From assembly GCA_964583415.1 (NCBI GenBank), contig CAZOWJ010000002.1:35365-99364 (forward strand): a DNA stretch of 64,000 nt, read 5' to 3'. Of this stretch, positions 17,681 to 27,641 are shown in pieces. The position numbers and the translations under genes were made by a program. This stretch comes from an uncultured Desulfocapsaceae bacterium. GTDB taxonomy: Bacteria; Desulfobacterota; Desulfobulbia; Desulfobulbales; Desulfocapsaceae. Numbering within the stretch: position 1 is the first letter of the stretch; each line of letters starts with the position of its first letter. Below the pieces are notes generated by a model. It had not been told where the DNA came from and did no database searches. It saw nothing but the letters and a program-made list of their open reading frames with translations.

Positions 17681-17926
17681 TCTTTTTTCTTGTTTGAAGA
17701 GTTAAATTCGATTAGACCTGCGTTAGAGTTGAAGGAAATAGCAGATGTTTCTTCCAAAAAGGCTGATGACTCCCTGGCAGGATACAACTCAATTACCGAC
17801 AATTTAAAATATCCGCTAATGGGAATTAGATAAACAATGGTTTCCATAAGCACAATCAAGTTTTCATCAAAATCCCTAGTACCTTGCATTTTAATCATAT
17901 TTTTCTAAGACAAGGAGAAAAACCTA

Positions 17927-18301
17927 ATGAAGGTTAAAGAATTATTAGATAAAATAGGGTACGATGTATATTCCGTCTCACCGGACACCACCGTTTTCGA
18001 AGCTTTGAGACTCATGGCCGATAAAGAGATCGGCGCGGTTGTGGTCCTGGAAGGAGACAAGATGGTGGGGATCATGTCCGAACGAGACTATGCTCGAAAG
18101 GTGATCCTACAAGGCAAGGCTTCCAAAGAGACACGCGTTAAGGACATAATGTCATCGAAGGTTGTTCACACGAATCCTGAGGTGAACGTGGAAAAGTGCC
18201 TGAACTTGATGACAAAAAATAAATTCCGCCATTTGCCGGTGATGGAGCAGGACCGTATAGTTGGAATCCTCTCCATTGAAGATGTGAGGGGTGTCACATA
18301 A
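17927..18301 (+). CDS. CBS-pair domain protein
   Basis: Two CBS motifs (VYSVSPDTTVFEALRLMADKEIGAVVV..; VVHTNPEVNVEKCLNLMTKNKFRHLPV). RBS AAGGAGA. Confidence 0.85.
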   Translation: MKVKELLDKIGYDVYSVSPDTTVFEALRLMADKEIGAVVVLEGDKMVGIMSERDYARKVILQGKASKETRVKDIMSSKVVHTNPEVNVEKCLNLMTKNKFRHLPVMEQDRIVGILSIEDVRGVT

Positions 18302-18820
18302 TCATAGTTTACCGTTTTTCTCAAATCGGGGGCGCTTTTCAATCTGCTTCTCAACTGATATTTTGTTTCACACGGTTACTAAACCCCTCAAAATCTTATT
18401 TGCCTTTACCTTATTTTTCTATCGCGTGTCGCTTTCATCTTTTTCTCATGGGAGGCGGTTGTTTTGAAGATTAAAAAAAATATCTGATTACCAATCAACC
18501 TCAGCTACATGAAGTGACACGAGAAGATGAAGCGGTGAAGAGAGCTAACTCCAATTGCCGCTCACCGACCTGATCATCAGGGCCGTGAGGCGAGCAGACT
18601 GGCTATACCTGGCCTGACCGACTGTTGTGGACGTCATGTCTACAACCCTGAGGGCTTTTTGCACAGCCTTGATGGGTCAACGCGATGCAACTTCCGTCAT
18701 CACTCTTGATCTCATTTCATTGAGTAATTGACGCCTATTAATCAGAAAACCGAAATGCGTATTGTCCAGCAGTCGTAATGAAAAGTCTGCTAACATCAAA
18801 GAATCCGACGTTCAGGAGGA

Positions 18821-19306
18821 ATGAATATGGCCAAAAAAAGAGAGCAAACCATCCTGTTGGTCCCCGTAGATTTCACCTCTTTCTCGGAAGATGCCCTGGT
18901 TTTTGCCAGCGAACTGGCAAAATGCATGTCGGCCCAGCTTCTGGTGCTCCATGTGATCCATGACCCCGCGGAATCGCCGGGGTTTTATGCCCGGCAGGCG
19001 AAAAAGAAAAAGTATCTTCAAAGCATGGAAGAAGCCGCCGACGAAATGATGCAGGAATTCCTTGGTAAAATGCGTCAGGCATTTCCGGGTAATGAGCCGA
19101 TAAAAAAAGCAACGCCTCTCTTGATGGTCGGCACACCGGTCACAAGGATTGTGGAGGTCGCTGAAAAGAAACAGGCCACCATGATAATTATCGGAAGTCA
19201 TGGCCGTACTGGCTTATCCAGTTTACTATTAGGTTCAAAAGCCTTGCAGGTTGTGCAACTTTCGACTATCCCGGTAACGGTCGTTAAAACCTCCAAAAAG
19301 AAGTAA
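18821..19306 (+). CDS. Universal stress protein (UspA family)
   Basis: ILLVPVDFSxxS, LLVLHV and IIIGSHGRTGLSSLLLGSKALQVV are typical Usp ATP-binding motifs. Confidence 0.85.
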   Translation: MNMAKKREQTILLVPVDFTSFSEDALVFASELAKCMSAQLLVLHVIHDPAESPGFYARQAKKKKYLQSMEEAADEMMQEFLGKMRQAFPGNEPIKKATPLLMVGTPVTRIVEVAEKKQATMIIIGSHGRTGLSSLLLGSKALQVVQLSTIPVTVVKTSKKK

Positions 19307-19346
19307 AATTTTAAATTTCGGTATACCGCCGCAAAGGAGGCACAAC

Positions 19347-21146
19347 ATGAAATCGATATATTCTCGACCTATATTGGGACAGGGATTAACGGGATGCTGT
19401 TTTTTGATGCTGTTCTTGCTTTTTCCCGACCGGGCACACGCGGCTTCAGAGTCAGGTGAAATCAGTTGGTTTTTCCTGGTTGTCGGGTTGCTCGGAGGGT
19501 TATCCCTGTTTCTCTATGGGATGGATAGAATGAGTGACGCCTTAAAGAATGTGGCCGGGGAAAAAATGAAGGATATCCTGGCAATGCTGTCGAGCAACCG
19601 GATTATGGGGATGATAACAGGAGCTGTCGTCACGGCTGTTATTCAGTCCAGTTCGGTTACCACTGTCATGCTGGTAGGATTTGTAAGTGCTGGTTTGATG
19701 TCGCTCTCTCAATCGATAGGCGTGATTTTAGGCGCGGATATCGGCACGACCATCACGGCACAGATTGTAGCATTTAAGGTGACCAAGTATGCCTTGCTGC
19801 TGCTGGCGGTCGGTTTTGGAATGCTGTTCATCTCCAAAAAAGAAAAAATCCAGCAATACGGTTATATGGTCATGGGGTTGGGAATGATCTTTTTTGGTAT
19901 GTCCGTGATGAGTGATTCCATGTATCCTCTAAGAACGTATCAGCCCTTTATTGATCTAATGGCCGGCATGTCGAATCCGGTACTGGGTATTCTGGTAGGT
20001 GCTTTATTTACTGCATTGATTCAATCGAGTTCTGCTGCCATGGGGGTGGTGATCGTACTGGCGATGCAGGGATTGATTACTCTTGAGGCAGGAATCGCCA
20101 TGGCGCTTGGCGCCAATATTGGAACGTGTGCAACAGCCGGTTTGGCCTCGATCGGCAAACCGCGCGAGGCGATCCGGGTAGCAACATGCCACGTACTATT
20201 CAAGATAGTTGGCGTCTTGCTGATGGCGCCCTTTATCGGGCCGTTTGCAAAATTTGTCGTTTTAATCTCCCCCTCACCCGCTGAAGGTCTTATCGGTATG
20301 GAAGCTGCCGCCGCGGTGGTGCCGCGTCAGGTGGCCAATGCGCATACCATTTTCAATATAGGGATAGCTTTCCTTTTTCTTCCCTTTGTCTCCCAATTTT
20401 CCCGGATCGTCTACCGGCTGGTTCCGGATAAGCCTGTGGATGAGATTGAGGAACTCCAACCTAAATATTTGAGTGAATTGCTCTTTGAGACTCCCAGTCT
20501 GGCGCTGGATGCAGCACGACATGAAATCAAGCGTATGGGGAAACGGGTGGATCTGATAAATAGTGCTATGATGCCGGCTGTACTAACCGGCAACAAGGAG
20601 TCGCTGCTGGCATTACGGGAGATGTATGAGGAGGTCGATATTTTACACAAGCATCTTGTCACATATCTTGCCAGGGTCAGTCAGCTCAAACTGAATGAAT
20701 TCCAAACCCAAAAATTTATGAACCTCATGACGGCTGTCAACAACCTTGATTATGTCGGCGACCTGATCGAAGTCAATATGGTGGACCTTGGCATGCGCCG
20801 GGTCGAGAAAGGGTTCAAGATAAGCGCGGCGACCCAGGAGGTTTTAGAAACCCTCCATGTCGTTGTCTCTGATGCGCTGAAAGCAGCGGTTAGGGCGGTG
20901 GTTGAGGAAGATAAAGATTTTGCAAATCGCGTCATCAGTATGCAAGATGATATAAACCTTCTCATAAAAAAGGCCGATTTGCATCAGGCAAAAAGACTCG
21001 TGTCCGAAGATTCGGGGAAATTTGAGGCCTACAGCGTCGAAGTTGATATCATTGAAAAGCTCAAACGTATTTACAAATACGCCAGGGAGATGGCCAAAAC
21101 AGTGGTTGACGTTGGAGAAAAAGAGACTATTAAAGAGGCTGCGTAA
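19347..21146 (+). CDS. Na+/phosphate cotransporter family protein with a C-terminal PhoU-like domain
   Basis: Duplicated QSSSVTT / QSSSAAM motifs in a polytopic N-terminal half and a helical PhoU-like C-terminal half. Confidence 0.85.
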   Translation: MKSIYSRPILGQGLTGCCFLMLFLLFPDRAHAASESGEISWFFLVVGLLGGLSLFLYGMDRMSDALKNVAGEKMKDILAMLSSNRIMGMITGAVVTAVIQSSSVTTVMLVGFVSAGLMSLSQSIGVILGADIGTTITAQIVAFKVTKYALLLLAVGFGMLFISKKEKIQQYGYMVMGLGMIFFGMSVMSDSMYPLRTYQPFIDLMAGMSNPVLGILVGALFTALIQSSSAAMGVVIVLAMQGLITLEAGIAMALGANIGTCATAGLASIGKPREAIRVATCHVLFKIVGVLLMAPFIGPFAKFVVLISPSPAEGLIGMEAAAAVVPRQVANAHTIFNIGIAFLFLPFVSQFSRIVYRLVPDKPVDEIEELQPKYLSELLFETPSLALDAARHEIKRMGKRVDLINSAMMPAVLTGNKESLLALREMYEEVDILHKHLVTYLARVSQLKLNEFQTQKFMNLMTAVNNLDYVGDLIEVNMVDLGMRRVEKGFKISAATQEVLETLHVVVSDALKAAVRAVVEEDKDFANRVISMQDDINLLIKKADLHQAKRLVSEDSGKFEAYSVEVDIIEKLKRIYKYAREMAKTVVDVGEKETIKEAA

Positions 21147-21299
21147 AGCATACATTTTTTCAAACATGAGTTATTAATTTGGAAAATTTCTTCTGGGCAA
21201 CAGGTCACCGGTCATCCAGAGCCACTTTCCGAGTACCATCCATAAGGCCTTACCATTTGCGCCAACCTTTCGGGGATGTGCGAAGTGGTAGGGTTTTAA

Positions 21300-21586
21300 T
21301 GAACACTTTTTTAAGAGTGAATTATCCATCATTCTGGAGGTGTTCAATGACCAGGAAAAAAACGCAGTTATACAAAAGAGTTCAAAGAAGAAGGAGTAAA
21401 ACTCATCACAGAGCAGGGGGATATATTACTATTGAACTGGAGAATTAATAAAAGAACACATGGTATCAACTCGAATCTATTATTCTAAGACGCGGTACGA
21501 GCGATGTTACGCTATAATTTGGAAAGGTTGGTTTTGCAGAGTACTCAGTATCGCGGTTGCATCATCCCGGGGTGTACCCAACTCCT
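21300..21586 (+). mobile_element. Degenerate IS3-family element remnant (left end plus frameshifted, internally deleted orfA)
   Basis: TGAACAC... IR-like end at 21300, GGAGG RBS, and ATG 21347. After a 1-nt frame change in an A7 run it reads MTRKK|RSYTKEFKEEGVKLITEQG, the canonical IS3 OrfA HTH start. The later ...GINSNLL fragment matches LGINxNLL. No orfB or DDE domain follows. Confidence 0.55.
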
Positions 21587-22148
21587 CGATGAGCAAATTT
21601 AAAAGTAACTGCCGGTTATCGATTTGTGTTGCTGAGAAGGAGTCTACTGAATCACGAACTTCAGTAGATGTTGTCACCCCGTTTGCACTGCCGAATACAC
21701 CGTCAGTGTCAATACCGGCAATAATGAGCGCATTGATATACCGTTCACGTACATTCGAATCTACTCCATTATCCAGGGTAGAAGTTGCATTTTCATTGAG
21801 GAAATTTGTCAGAATATCTGAATCTGCTCGATCAATAACACTCGCCAGCAGGCTGCCAAGGTTTGCCTTGATTACATTGACGTCGATCGAAATTTCGATT
21901 GTGACGTTATTTCTTTCCTCAAGTCTTTTCGCCAATGCTGTAAAAAGCTCTGCCTGATCGGCAAAATTATCACCGTTTAAGTCGATCTTATTGAATACTC
22001 CGGCTTGCCTGCCTAATTCATCTACATTGAGTCGGTTGTCACCATCAATGTCTCTCGCTTCAAGGACGCGTGCACTGATTTTCTCTGCACTTTGCTGTGA
22101 AACTCGTGACTGAACATTGATAGAACTGCTGATCGCACTTATCTCCAT
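21507..22148 (-). CDS. Acidic hypothetical protein with two EF-hand/dockerin-like Ca-binding loops
   Basis: RBS AGAGG. Loops DIDGDNRLNVDE and DLNGDNFADQAE. No signal peptide. The last ~27 codons lie inside the IS3-remnant repeat. Confidence 0.5.
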   Translation of the reverse strand: MEISAISSSINVQSRVSQQSAEKISARVLEARDIDGDNRLNVDELGRQAGVFNKIDLNGDNFADQAELFTALAKRLEERNNVTIEISIDVNVIKANLGSLLASVIDRADSDILTNFLNENATSTLDNGVDSNVRERYINALIIAGIDTDGVFGSANGVTTSTEVRDSVDSFSATQIDNRQLLLNLLIEELGTPRDDATAILSTLQNQPFQIIA

Positions 22149-22358
22149 ACTGATACCTCTAAAGAAAGAGTCGAATTGATCCCTGCCATTTCTTAGGCAA
22201 TAATCTATTCATTGGTTTCCTGCGGGTCAAACTTATAATCAAACTTCGGTGAATTACTGTATTCCGTCCTTTTATGATATTTTCAAACAATGGTTGTTCG
22301 CAAAAACCCTTACACAAATTTCCGGATTGCCTTGAAGCGTACCAATATACATCTTCAC

Positions 22359-23513
22359 TTATTGGGGTGTGAGCCTGAGCAGACGACCGCCCTGCTTATC
22401 CTCTAATACCCAGATTGCACCATCTGGACCTTGCTCGACTTCACGGATACGTTTTCCCATGGCAAAACGCTCGACTTCCTCGGCAGTGTCGCCTGTTATT
22501 TTTATTCGAACCAGCGATCTGGAGGCCAGGCCGCCAATAAAACCATTTCCCTGCCATTCCGGAAACATGGTGCCACTATAAATAATCAAACCGGATGGAG
22601 CAATTGTCGGCACCCAATAAACTTCTGGTGCATTGAATTCAAGTCGTGTGTCATGATCAGGGATAGCTACCCCTGAGTATTGGTCTCCCCAGGAAACAAC
22701 AGGCCATCCGTAATTATCGCCTTCGACCGTCAGGTTTAACTCATCACCGTGTTTCGGCCCCATCTCATGGGTCCATAATCGCCCTTCTTTATCAAAAGCA
22801 ATACCAAGCAGGTTGCGATGCCCCAGAGACCAGAAGGTTTTTGCCAATTTTCCTTTATCCTGGAAGGGGTTGTCCGCAGGTACTGAGCCGTCCGGGTTAA
22901 GCCGGATTACCTTGCCAAGGTTCTGCGACCAGTCCTGGGCCGGTTTTTGTTTCTGTCGCTCACCGGAGGTAATGAAAAGTTTACGGTCAGGACTGAAGGC
23001 AAGACGATGCGAGTAATGTCCGCTCCCCTTTACTTTGGGTTTTTGACGCCAGATTACCTCCACGTCATTTAATTTTGGATTGGTCGGGTCAGAATTGAAT
23101 CGTCCGCGCGCAACGGCACCGCCCTTTTTGCCTAATCTGCCCTGCTCGGCATAGGATATGTAGACCAATTTGTTTTTGGCATATTCGGGATGTAAAATGA
23201 CATCGCCCAATCCCCCCTGACCGCCGTAAGCAACCTCAGGTATACCATCAACAGCTACCTTTGACTGACCATCAGCGCTGACCAATAACAAGGTGCCGGA
23301 TTTTTCTGTGACCAGTAGGTTACCATCCGGAAGAAAGGTCATTGCCCACGGCTCGTTAAAATCAGCGTATTCCTCAGACAATAGGATTGATCCTGCAGTG
23401 CCCTTTTTTTCTTCAGGATCAGACGCAGCACTGACGTTGCTGGCTGGCATGGCTATAAGCAAAAACAAGAGAAATGTAGAACACAAGTTCTGCATTTTTT
23501 TTGCCGTTTTCAT
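22359..23513 (-). CDS. PQQ-dependent soluble sugar (glucose/sorbosone) dehydrogenase, secreted
   Basis: Signal peptide [29 protein letters not shown]. Motifs [23 protein letters not shown] and GDNYGWP. The longer ORF extends to 23582. Confidence 0.85.
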   Translation of the reverse strand: MKTAKKMQNLCSTFLLFLLIAMPASNVSAASDPEEKKGTAGSILLSEEYADFNEPWAMTFLPDGNLLVTEKSGTLLLVSADGQSKVAVDGIPEVAYGGQGGLGDVILHPEYAKNKLVYISYAEQGRLGKKGGAVARGRFNSDPTNPKLNDVEVIWRQKPKVKGSGHYSHRLAFSPDRKLFITSGERQKQKPAQDWSQNLGKVIRLNPDGSVPADNPFQDKGKLAKTFWSLGHRNLLGIAFDKEGRLWTHEMGPKHGDELNLTVEGDNYGWPVVSWGDQYSGVAIPDHDTRLEFNAPEVYWVPTIAPSGLIIYSGTMFPEWQGNGFIGGLASRSLVRIKITGDTAEEVERFAMGKRIREVEQGPDGAIWVLEDKQGGRLLRLTPQ

Positions 23514-23785
23514 CGTTTGTGGTTTGTCATTGTGTTTTTTATTATTCTCAATATTAGTCTTCTTCACCAATTCCCAAACCATGATTTGAATCGTCTATGG
23601 GTTGAATGGCACAATGCCACATTGTGGTGTTATGCTATGCTAACTACCATTGTTTGATAAATCAAGTTGTCCTGCTTCTAAGAGAAGAAGACAATTGTGG
23701 CCTATTGGATTCGATATCATACTCTCTTCTATCAAAAGCCTGCTCCATTGATTGTCTGCTTAAACTATTCCCTCAATCGTATATC

Positions 23786-24082
23786 TCAGAGCATGAACGG
23801 TGTTGTTTCCTGAAATTCGGAGAAACCTTTATCGATGGAGCTGAAAATTTCCAGAATCTTATCTTTGGTCTCCATTGTATTATCGACAGTTTCCTGCTCA
23901 TCGAGATCATGAAGCTGAACTATGGCAGCATCTATTGCCGACTTTAACTGCTCCACCTTTACGTGGAGCTGGACCTTATTATCTGCAGTAAATTTATCCT
24001 TCTGCTCTTCCAGCTTTTCAAGGCCTCGCTGCCACTCAGCTATCTTATCATCAATAATATCTTTGTAGGTAAGTGATTGCAT
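23786..24082 (-). CDS. Small coiled-coil hypothetical protein
   Basis: Strong RBS GAGGAGG 6 nt upstream. 98 aa, Glu/Lys-rich heptad-like sequence. Confidence 0.5.
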   Translation of the reverse strand: MQSLTYKDIIDDKIAEWQRGLEKLEEQKDKFTADNKVQLHVKVEQLKSAIDAAIVQLHDLDEQETVDNTMETKDKILEIFSSIDKGFSEFQETTPFML

Positions 24083-24654
24083 AGAGTTCCTCCTCTAATG
24101 TTCAATTTTGAAACCACCTGTACAGGGACGAGGGTTCTTGCCACTATTATAATGTATATCGTCTTCGAGGATTGGACCAAAATAATCTGATCATTGTCAG
24201 GCCTGCTCGGAACTTAGATCATATATTAACGTTGAAAATTTTTGCGCCGGTTGACAGAGTACTGTTGAAGACTATTTGAATTAGGGTTTTGTCTGTTTGT
24301 GTCTGACATTCCGGAAACATCCCTGAACCCATTAAATCGTAGCAGCGAATGAATTCAATAACATCATTTTTAATACAGTCTCTCATGTTCCTGAGCTCCT
24401 GATGCCTTCGCGTCTTCCACCGGTATCTAGTAGCTCTCCGGCAAAGAGAAGGGCTTACATCTCTGATTGTGGCGTCTGTCTCCAATGGTGCCGGAGGGGA
24501 TCAAAATCAAGGTTGCTTAGTTACGCTACTTGATTATAAGTAGTTCTTAACCGATTTATAGAATGTCAGATCAATAGAAGCTGCGCGACTCTCTGCATCC
24601 TGATGATTGGGTATTTATTGACTAAAGCGAGTGGCCTAATGGTTATAAATTATT

Positions 24655-25494
24655 GTGGGGTTATGGCTGATGAAAGGTGCTGGAACATACAGGGATAACA
24701 TTAGGTTGGTGGTTTTCGACTGGGCAGGGACCACGGTTGACTTTGGCTGTCAGGCCCCGATCCTCGCTTTTATCGAAGGGTTCAGGGCAAAGGGCATCCA
24801 GGTCGATGCGAGAACGGCGCGTGGTCCGATGGGAATGGAAAAGCGGGCTCATATTAAAGCGGTGACTGAAGTTTCCCAGGTTGCAGAAGCCTGGCAGCAG
24901 GAATATGGCAGAGCGGTAACAGAGGAAGATATTGATGCAATGTTTCATGAATTTGTTCCACATCTGCTCAGCATCCTGGATTCGCACAGTCAGATGATCC
25001 CCGGGGTACTCGAGGCCGTTACCCGGTTAAGAGAAGGTGGTGTGCTTATTGGCTCAACGACCGGGTATTTCAAGGAAGCAGCCGATGTTGTCGCGGCTGC
25101 CGGTGCAAGAGCAGGATATATCCCGGATTTTTCAGTCTGCGCCTCAGATGTTGAAGAAGGGAGACCATATCCATGGATGATTTATCGGGTGATGGAGGCG
25201 CTTAATGTCTGCCCTCCAGAGGCGGTCGTCTCCGTTGGTGACACAGAGGTTGATATGAGAGCCGGGTTGAATGGTGGTGTCTGGTCTGTCGGGGTTGCTG
25301 CCACCGGAAATGAAATGGGGCTAACCAGGGAAGCGTTTGAGGTGCTTGAATCCAGTGAACGCGAGGCACTGCTGACAACGGTGAAGGAAAAGCTATATTC
25401 AGCAGGTGCGCACCTGGTAATTGACACCATGGAGGAACTTCCGGCTGCCGTAGAGAGAATTAATGTCCTGCTCGCTTCAGGGGACAAACCGTAA
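24655..25494 (+). CDS. phnX: Phosphonoacetaldehyde hydrolase (phosphonatase, HAD family)
   Basis: VVFDWAGTTVDFGCQAP...RGPMGMEKRAHI...GSTTGY...RPYPWMIY...VGDT..DM..G.N.G.W.VGV matches PhnX along its length. The start may be ATG 24670. Confidence 0.85.
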   Translation: MGLWLMKGAGTYRDNIRLVVFDWAGTTVDFGCQAPILAFIEGFRAKGIQVDARTARGPMGMEKRAHIKAVTEVSQVAEAWQQEYGRAVTEEDIDAMFHEFVPHLLSILDSHSQMIPGVLEAVTRLREGGVLIGSTTGYFKEAADVVAAAGARAGYIPDFSVCASDVEEGRPYPWMIYRVMEALNVCPPEAVVSVGDTEVDMRAGLNGGVWSVGVAATGNEMGLTREAFEVLESSEREALLTTVKEKLYSAGAHLVIDTMEELPAAVERINVLLASGDKP

Positions 25495-25607
25495 CCTGAT
25501 TTCGCCTGTCGATGCTTTGACTTGATTCAGGGGAGGGCGGCAAACAACCTATGGGTTATCCCAGATTACAATCAATTTACAATTTATAGTCAGAAGACCA
25601 TCTAACC

Positions 25608-25684
25608 ATGCAAAAAAAACCTTAACATTCGTCCTGGCTGGAGGTGTCGGTTCCCGTTTGTATCCTTTAACCTCTCGAAGATAA
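25608..25684 (+). pseudogene. Orphan N-terminal fragment of a GlgC-type sugar-nucleotidyltransferase
   Basis: After ATG 25608 and a frame change in an A8 run it reads FVLAGGVGSRLYPLTSRR* (the nucleotide-binding GGxGxRL.PLT motif), then stops. Confidence 0.5.
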
Positions 25685-25800
25685 CCTGCCCTGGCTGTAT
25701 TATGCAGTTACAGGATATTATCAACCATGGCAATCTGAAGCTGCAAGCTGTTCATATTCTCGAGTTGCTCGCACAATCGCTGGATCAGCAGATAGAGTAG
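25684..25800 (+). pseudogene. Orphan C-terminal fragment of a CCG-domain Fe-S oxidoreductase (GlcF/HdrD-like)
   Basis: It reads TCPGCIMQLQDIINHGNLKLQAVHILELLAQSLDQQIE*, typical of the extreme C-terminus of CCG-domain proteins. No upstream coding sequence is present. Confidence 0.45.
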
Positions 25801-25956
25801 CAAAACTGTCCGTGCGCCCGCCTGTATCTGGTAATTCAGGCGAGATGCGGGCTGAGCCAAGTTTCAGCTGTGCAGCCCGTCCCGTTAGAATGCTTTAAAA
25901 TAAAAGATTTTAAGAGTGACCCCCTGTTCCAGCTAGCTTGTCATGTTATCAAATTG

Positions 25957-26958
25957 TTAATCTAACATGCTGATGATGGAACGGCCTTTGTGACCTCCTT
26001 TTAACATTTTGTCGATACTATCATTTAGCTCTGATAAAACGATATTTTCTGTCACCTCGTTCATCATCTCTATCTTCCAATCGCCTGCAAGCAGTTCCCA
26101 GGTCTTTCGGCGGTGTACCATTGGACAGTTTTGGGAATCTATTCCGATCAGGGTTACACCGCGCAGGATGAAAGGGAACACAGTGAGAGGTAAGTCCGGT
26201 GAAGCCACATTTCCGCAACTTGTTACAACGCCGTTTGCTTTTACTGACTTGATGGATGTTGCCAGAATATCGCCACCCACGGTATCGATGCTGCCAGTAT
26301 AATCACTTTTCAGCAGTGGTCGCCGGCTTGTATCGATTGCCTCGTCGATACTGATGACACGATGAGCACCTATTTTTTCAAGGTATGCTGATTCATCAAC
26401 CAAGCCGTTGACCGCCACCACTGAGTAGCCGATTTTTGCCAGAATGGCTACTGCAATGCTGCCGACGCCACCGGTGGCCCCAGATACAAGTATTTCACCC
26501 TGATCTTGTTTGATGTTATGAGAGGTGAGTTGGTAAACCGACAGCGCTGCGGTAAACCCTGCTGTACCGTAGCACATCGCCTCGTGCAGCGTCAGTGCTT
26601 CTGGTAAGGGAACAATCCATTGGGCGGGAACACGAATATATTGACCGAATCCTCCGTCTGTGTTCATACCCAGATCATAACTGGTAACAATGACCTTGTC
26701 GCCGACCTTAAATGCGTCGTCTGAACTTTCTGCAACAACGCCGGCAGCATCAATGCCGGGAGTGTGTGGGTAATTGCGGGTAACGCCTTTATTTCCACTT
26801 GCAGATAAGGCATCCTTGTAATTCAACGAGGAATAATGAACCTGAACAATCACGTCTCCTGGAGGCAGAAATTCGATTTTTTTATCTACTATTTGACGCT
26901 GGTACCCTTTGTCAGCATTTTCTGTTACCTCGAGCGCTTTAAATACAATGTTATCCAT
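25957..26958 (-). CDS. YhdH/AcuI-family NADPH:quinone/acrylyl-CoA reductase (MDR superfamily)
   Basis: VQVHYSSLNYKDALSASGNKGVTRNYPHTPGIDAAGVV and GATGGVGS are the YhdH subfamily signature. Confidence 0.85.
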   Translation of the reverse strand: MDNIVFKALEVTENADKGYQRQIVDKKIEFLPPGDVIVQVHYSSLNYKDALSASGNKGVTRNYPHTPGIDAAGVVAESSDDAFKVGDKVIVTSYDLGMNTDGGFGQYIRVPAQWIVPLPEALTLHEAMCYGTAGFTAALSVYQLTSHNIKQDQGEILVSGATGGVGSIAVAILAKIGYSVVAVNGLVDESAYLEKIGAHRVISIDEAIDTSRRPLLKSDYTGSIDTVGGDILATSIKSVKANGVVTSCGNVASPDLPLTVFPFILRGVTLIGIDSQNCPMVHRRKTWELLAGDWKIEMMNEVTENIVLSELNDSIDKMLKGGHKGRSIISMLD

Positions 26959-27014
26959 ACTTTTCCCTCCTCGGTGTTTTTGAGTATGTAAGTGTACTTT
27001 TTATAAATTATGTC

Positions 27015-27599
27015 TCATTTACAGAGCTGGTCCAGGTATTCAGTCAGACTATTTATGGTTAAATTCAGTCCTGCTGTTGATTTCTCAGAAGTGTATACAA
27101 CGCAGGCGCCCAGCAACCCTGAATAGATGACTTCTACAACTTTCCTGGTATCCACATCGTCTTTTAACGTTCCAGACTCATATTCTTCATCCAGAAATCG
27201 CTTGAGCATTTTCTTTAGTTTGACCAGGCCATCATTTACGGCCTCAGCAAGGGTTGGCTGCTGGTCGTTGAGTTCAATTGCAAAATTGATAAAAATACAG
27301 CCACCCGGAAAATTGGTACTGTCAGCCAGGTAGTTGTCCCTGTAGTTTTCCAGTATTTTTTTTATCTTATCCAGCGGACGAGCGGTATCATTAACCCCAG
27401 CAAGATTGCGTGCTCTCCAGATTGATTTTGCCTGATCAAGAACCTCATAAAACAACTGTTCCTTATTGTCAAAATGATTGTAGAGCCCTCCTTTTGAGGT
27501 GCCGGCGGCTTCAATAATATCCGCTGTCGAGGTGGACATGAAACCTTTTGTAGAGAATTGTTTGAGCGCTTCAGAAATTATTTTCTCTTTTAGTGTCAT
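27015..27599 (-). CDS. TetR/AcrR-family transcriptional regulator
   Basis: Start chosen at MTLKEKIISEALKQFSTKGFMSTSTADIIEAAGTSKGGLYNHF (TetR HTH). The 48-codon N-terminal extension in the track is unlikely. Confidence 0.85.
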   Translation of the reverse strand: MTLKEKIISEALKQFSTKGFMSTSTADIIEAAGTSKGGLYNHFDNKEQLFYEVLDQAKSIWRARNLAGVNDTARPLDKIKKILENYRDNYLADSTNFPGGCIFINFAIELNDQQPTLAEAVNDGLVKLKKMLKRFLDEEYESGTLKDDVDTRKVVEVIYSGLLGACVVYTSEKSTAGLNLTINSLTEYLDQLCK

Positions 27600-27627
27600 A
27601 ATGGTCCATGTAAAAGATGACGAAAAG

Positions 27628-27641
27628 AGACCGATCGGTCT
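27628..27641. promoter_or_regulatory. Perfect 14-bp palindrome, a candidate TetR operator
   Basis: AGACCGATCGGTCT lies 29 nt upstream of the TetR start codon. Confidence 0.4.

Noticed and set aside
17262-17800. A motif DD(T/S)(V/L)AGYN is encoded on opposite strands at ~17320-17345 (minus) and ~17766-17790 (plus), with mostly third-position differences. This hints at inverted paralogous gene ends.
   Set aside because: Only ~8 codons match, and neither ORF has an RBS or recognisable family. Chance similarity in a relic region cannot be excluded.
18565-18610. The SRP (4.5S) RNA domain-IV-like string CAGG-GCC-GUGA-GGC-G-AGCAG resembles E. coli CAGG-UCC-GGAA-GGA-AGCAG, with a GNRA loop and compensatory stem.
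   Set aside because: The flanking sequence does not form the extended helix or the 5'/3' closing stem of an SRP RNA. The 5' arm instead self-pairs (CCTGA-tca-TCAGG). I treat the match as chance unless a covariance-model search says otherwise.
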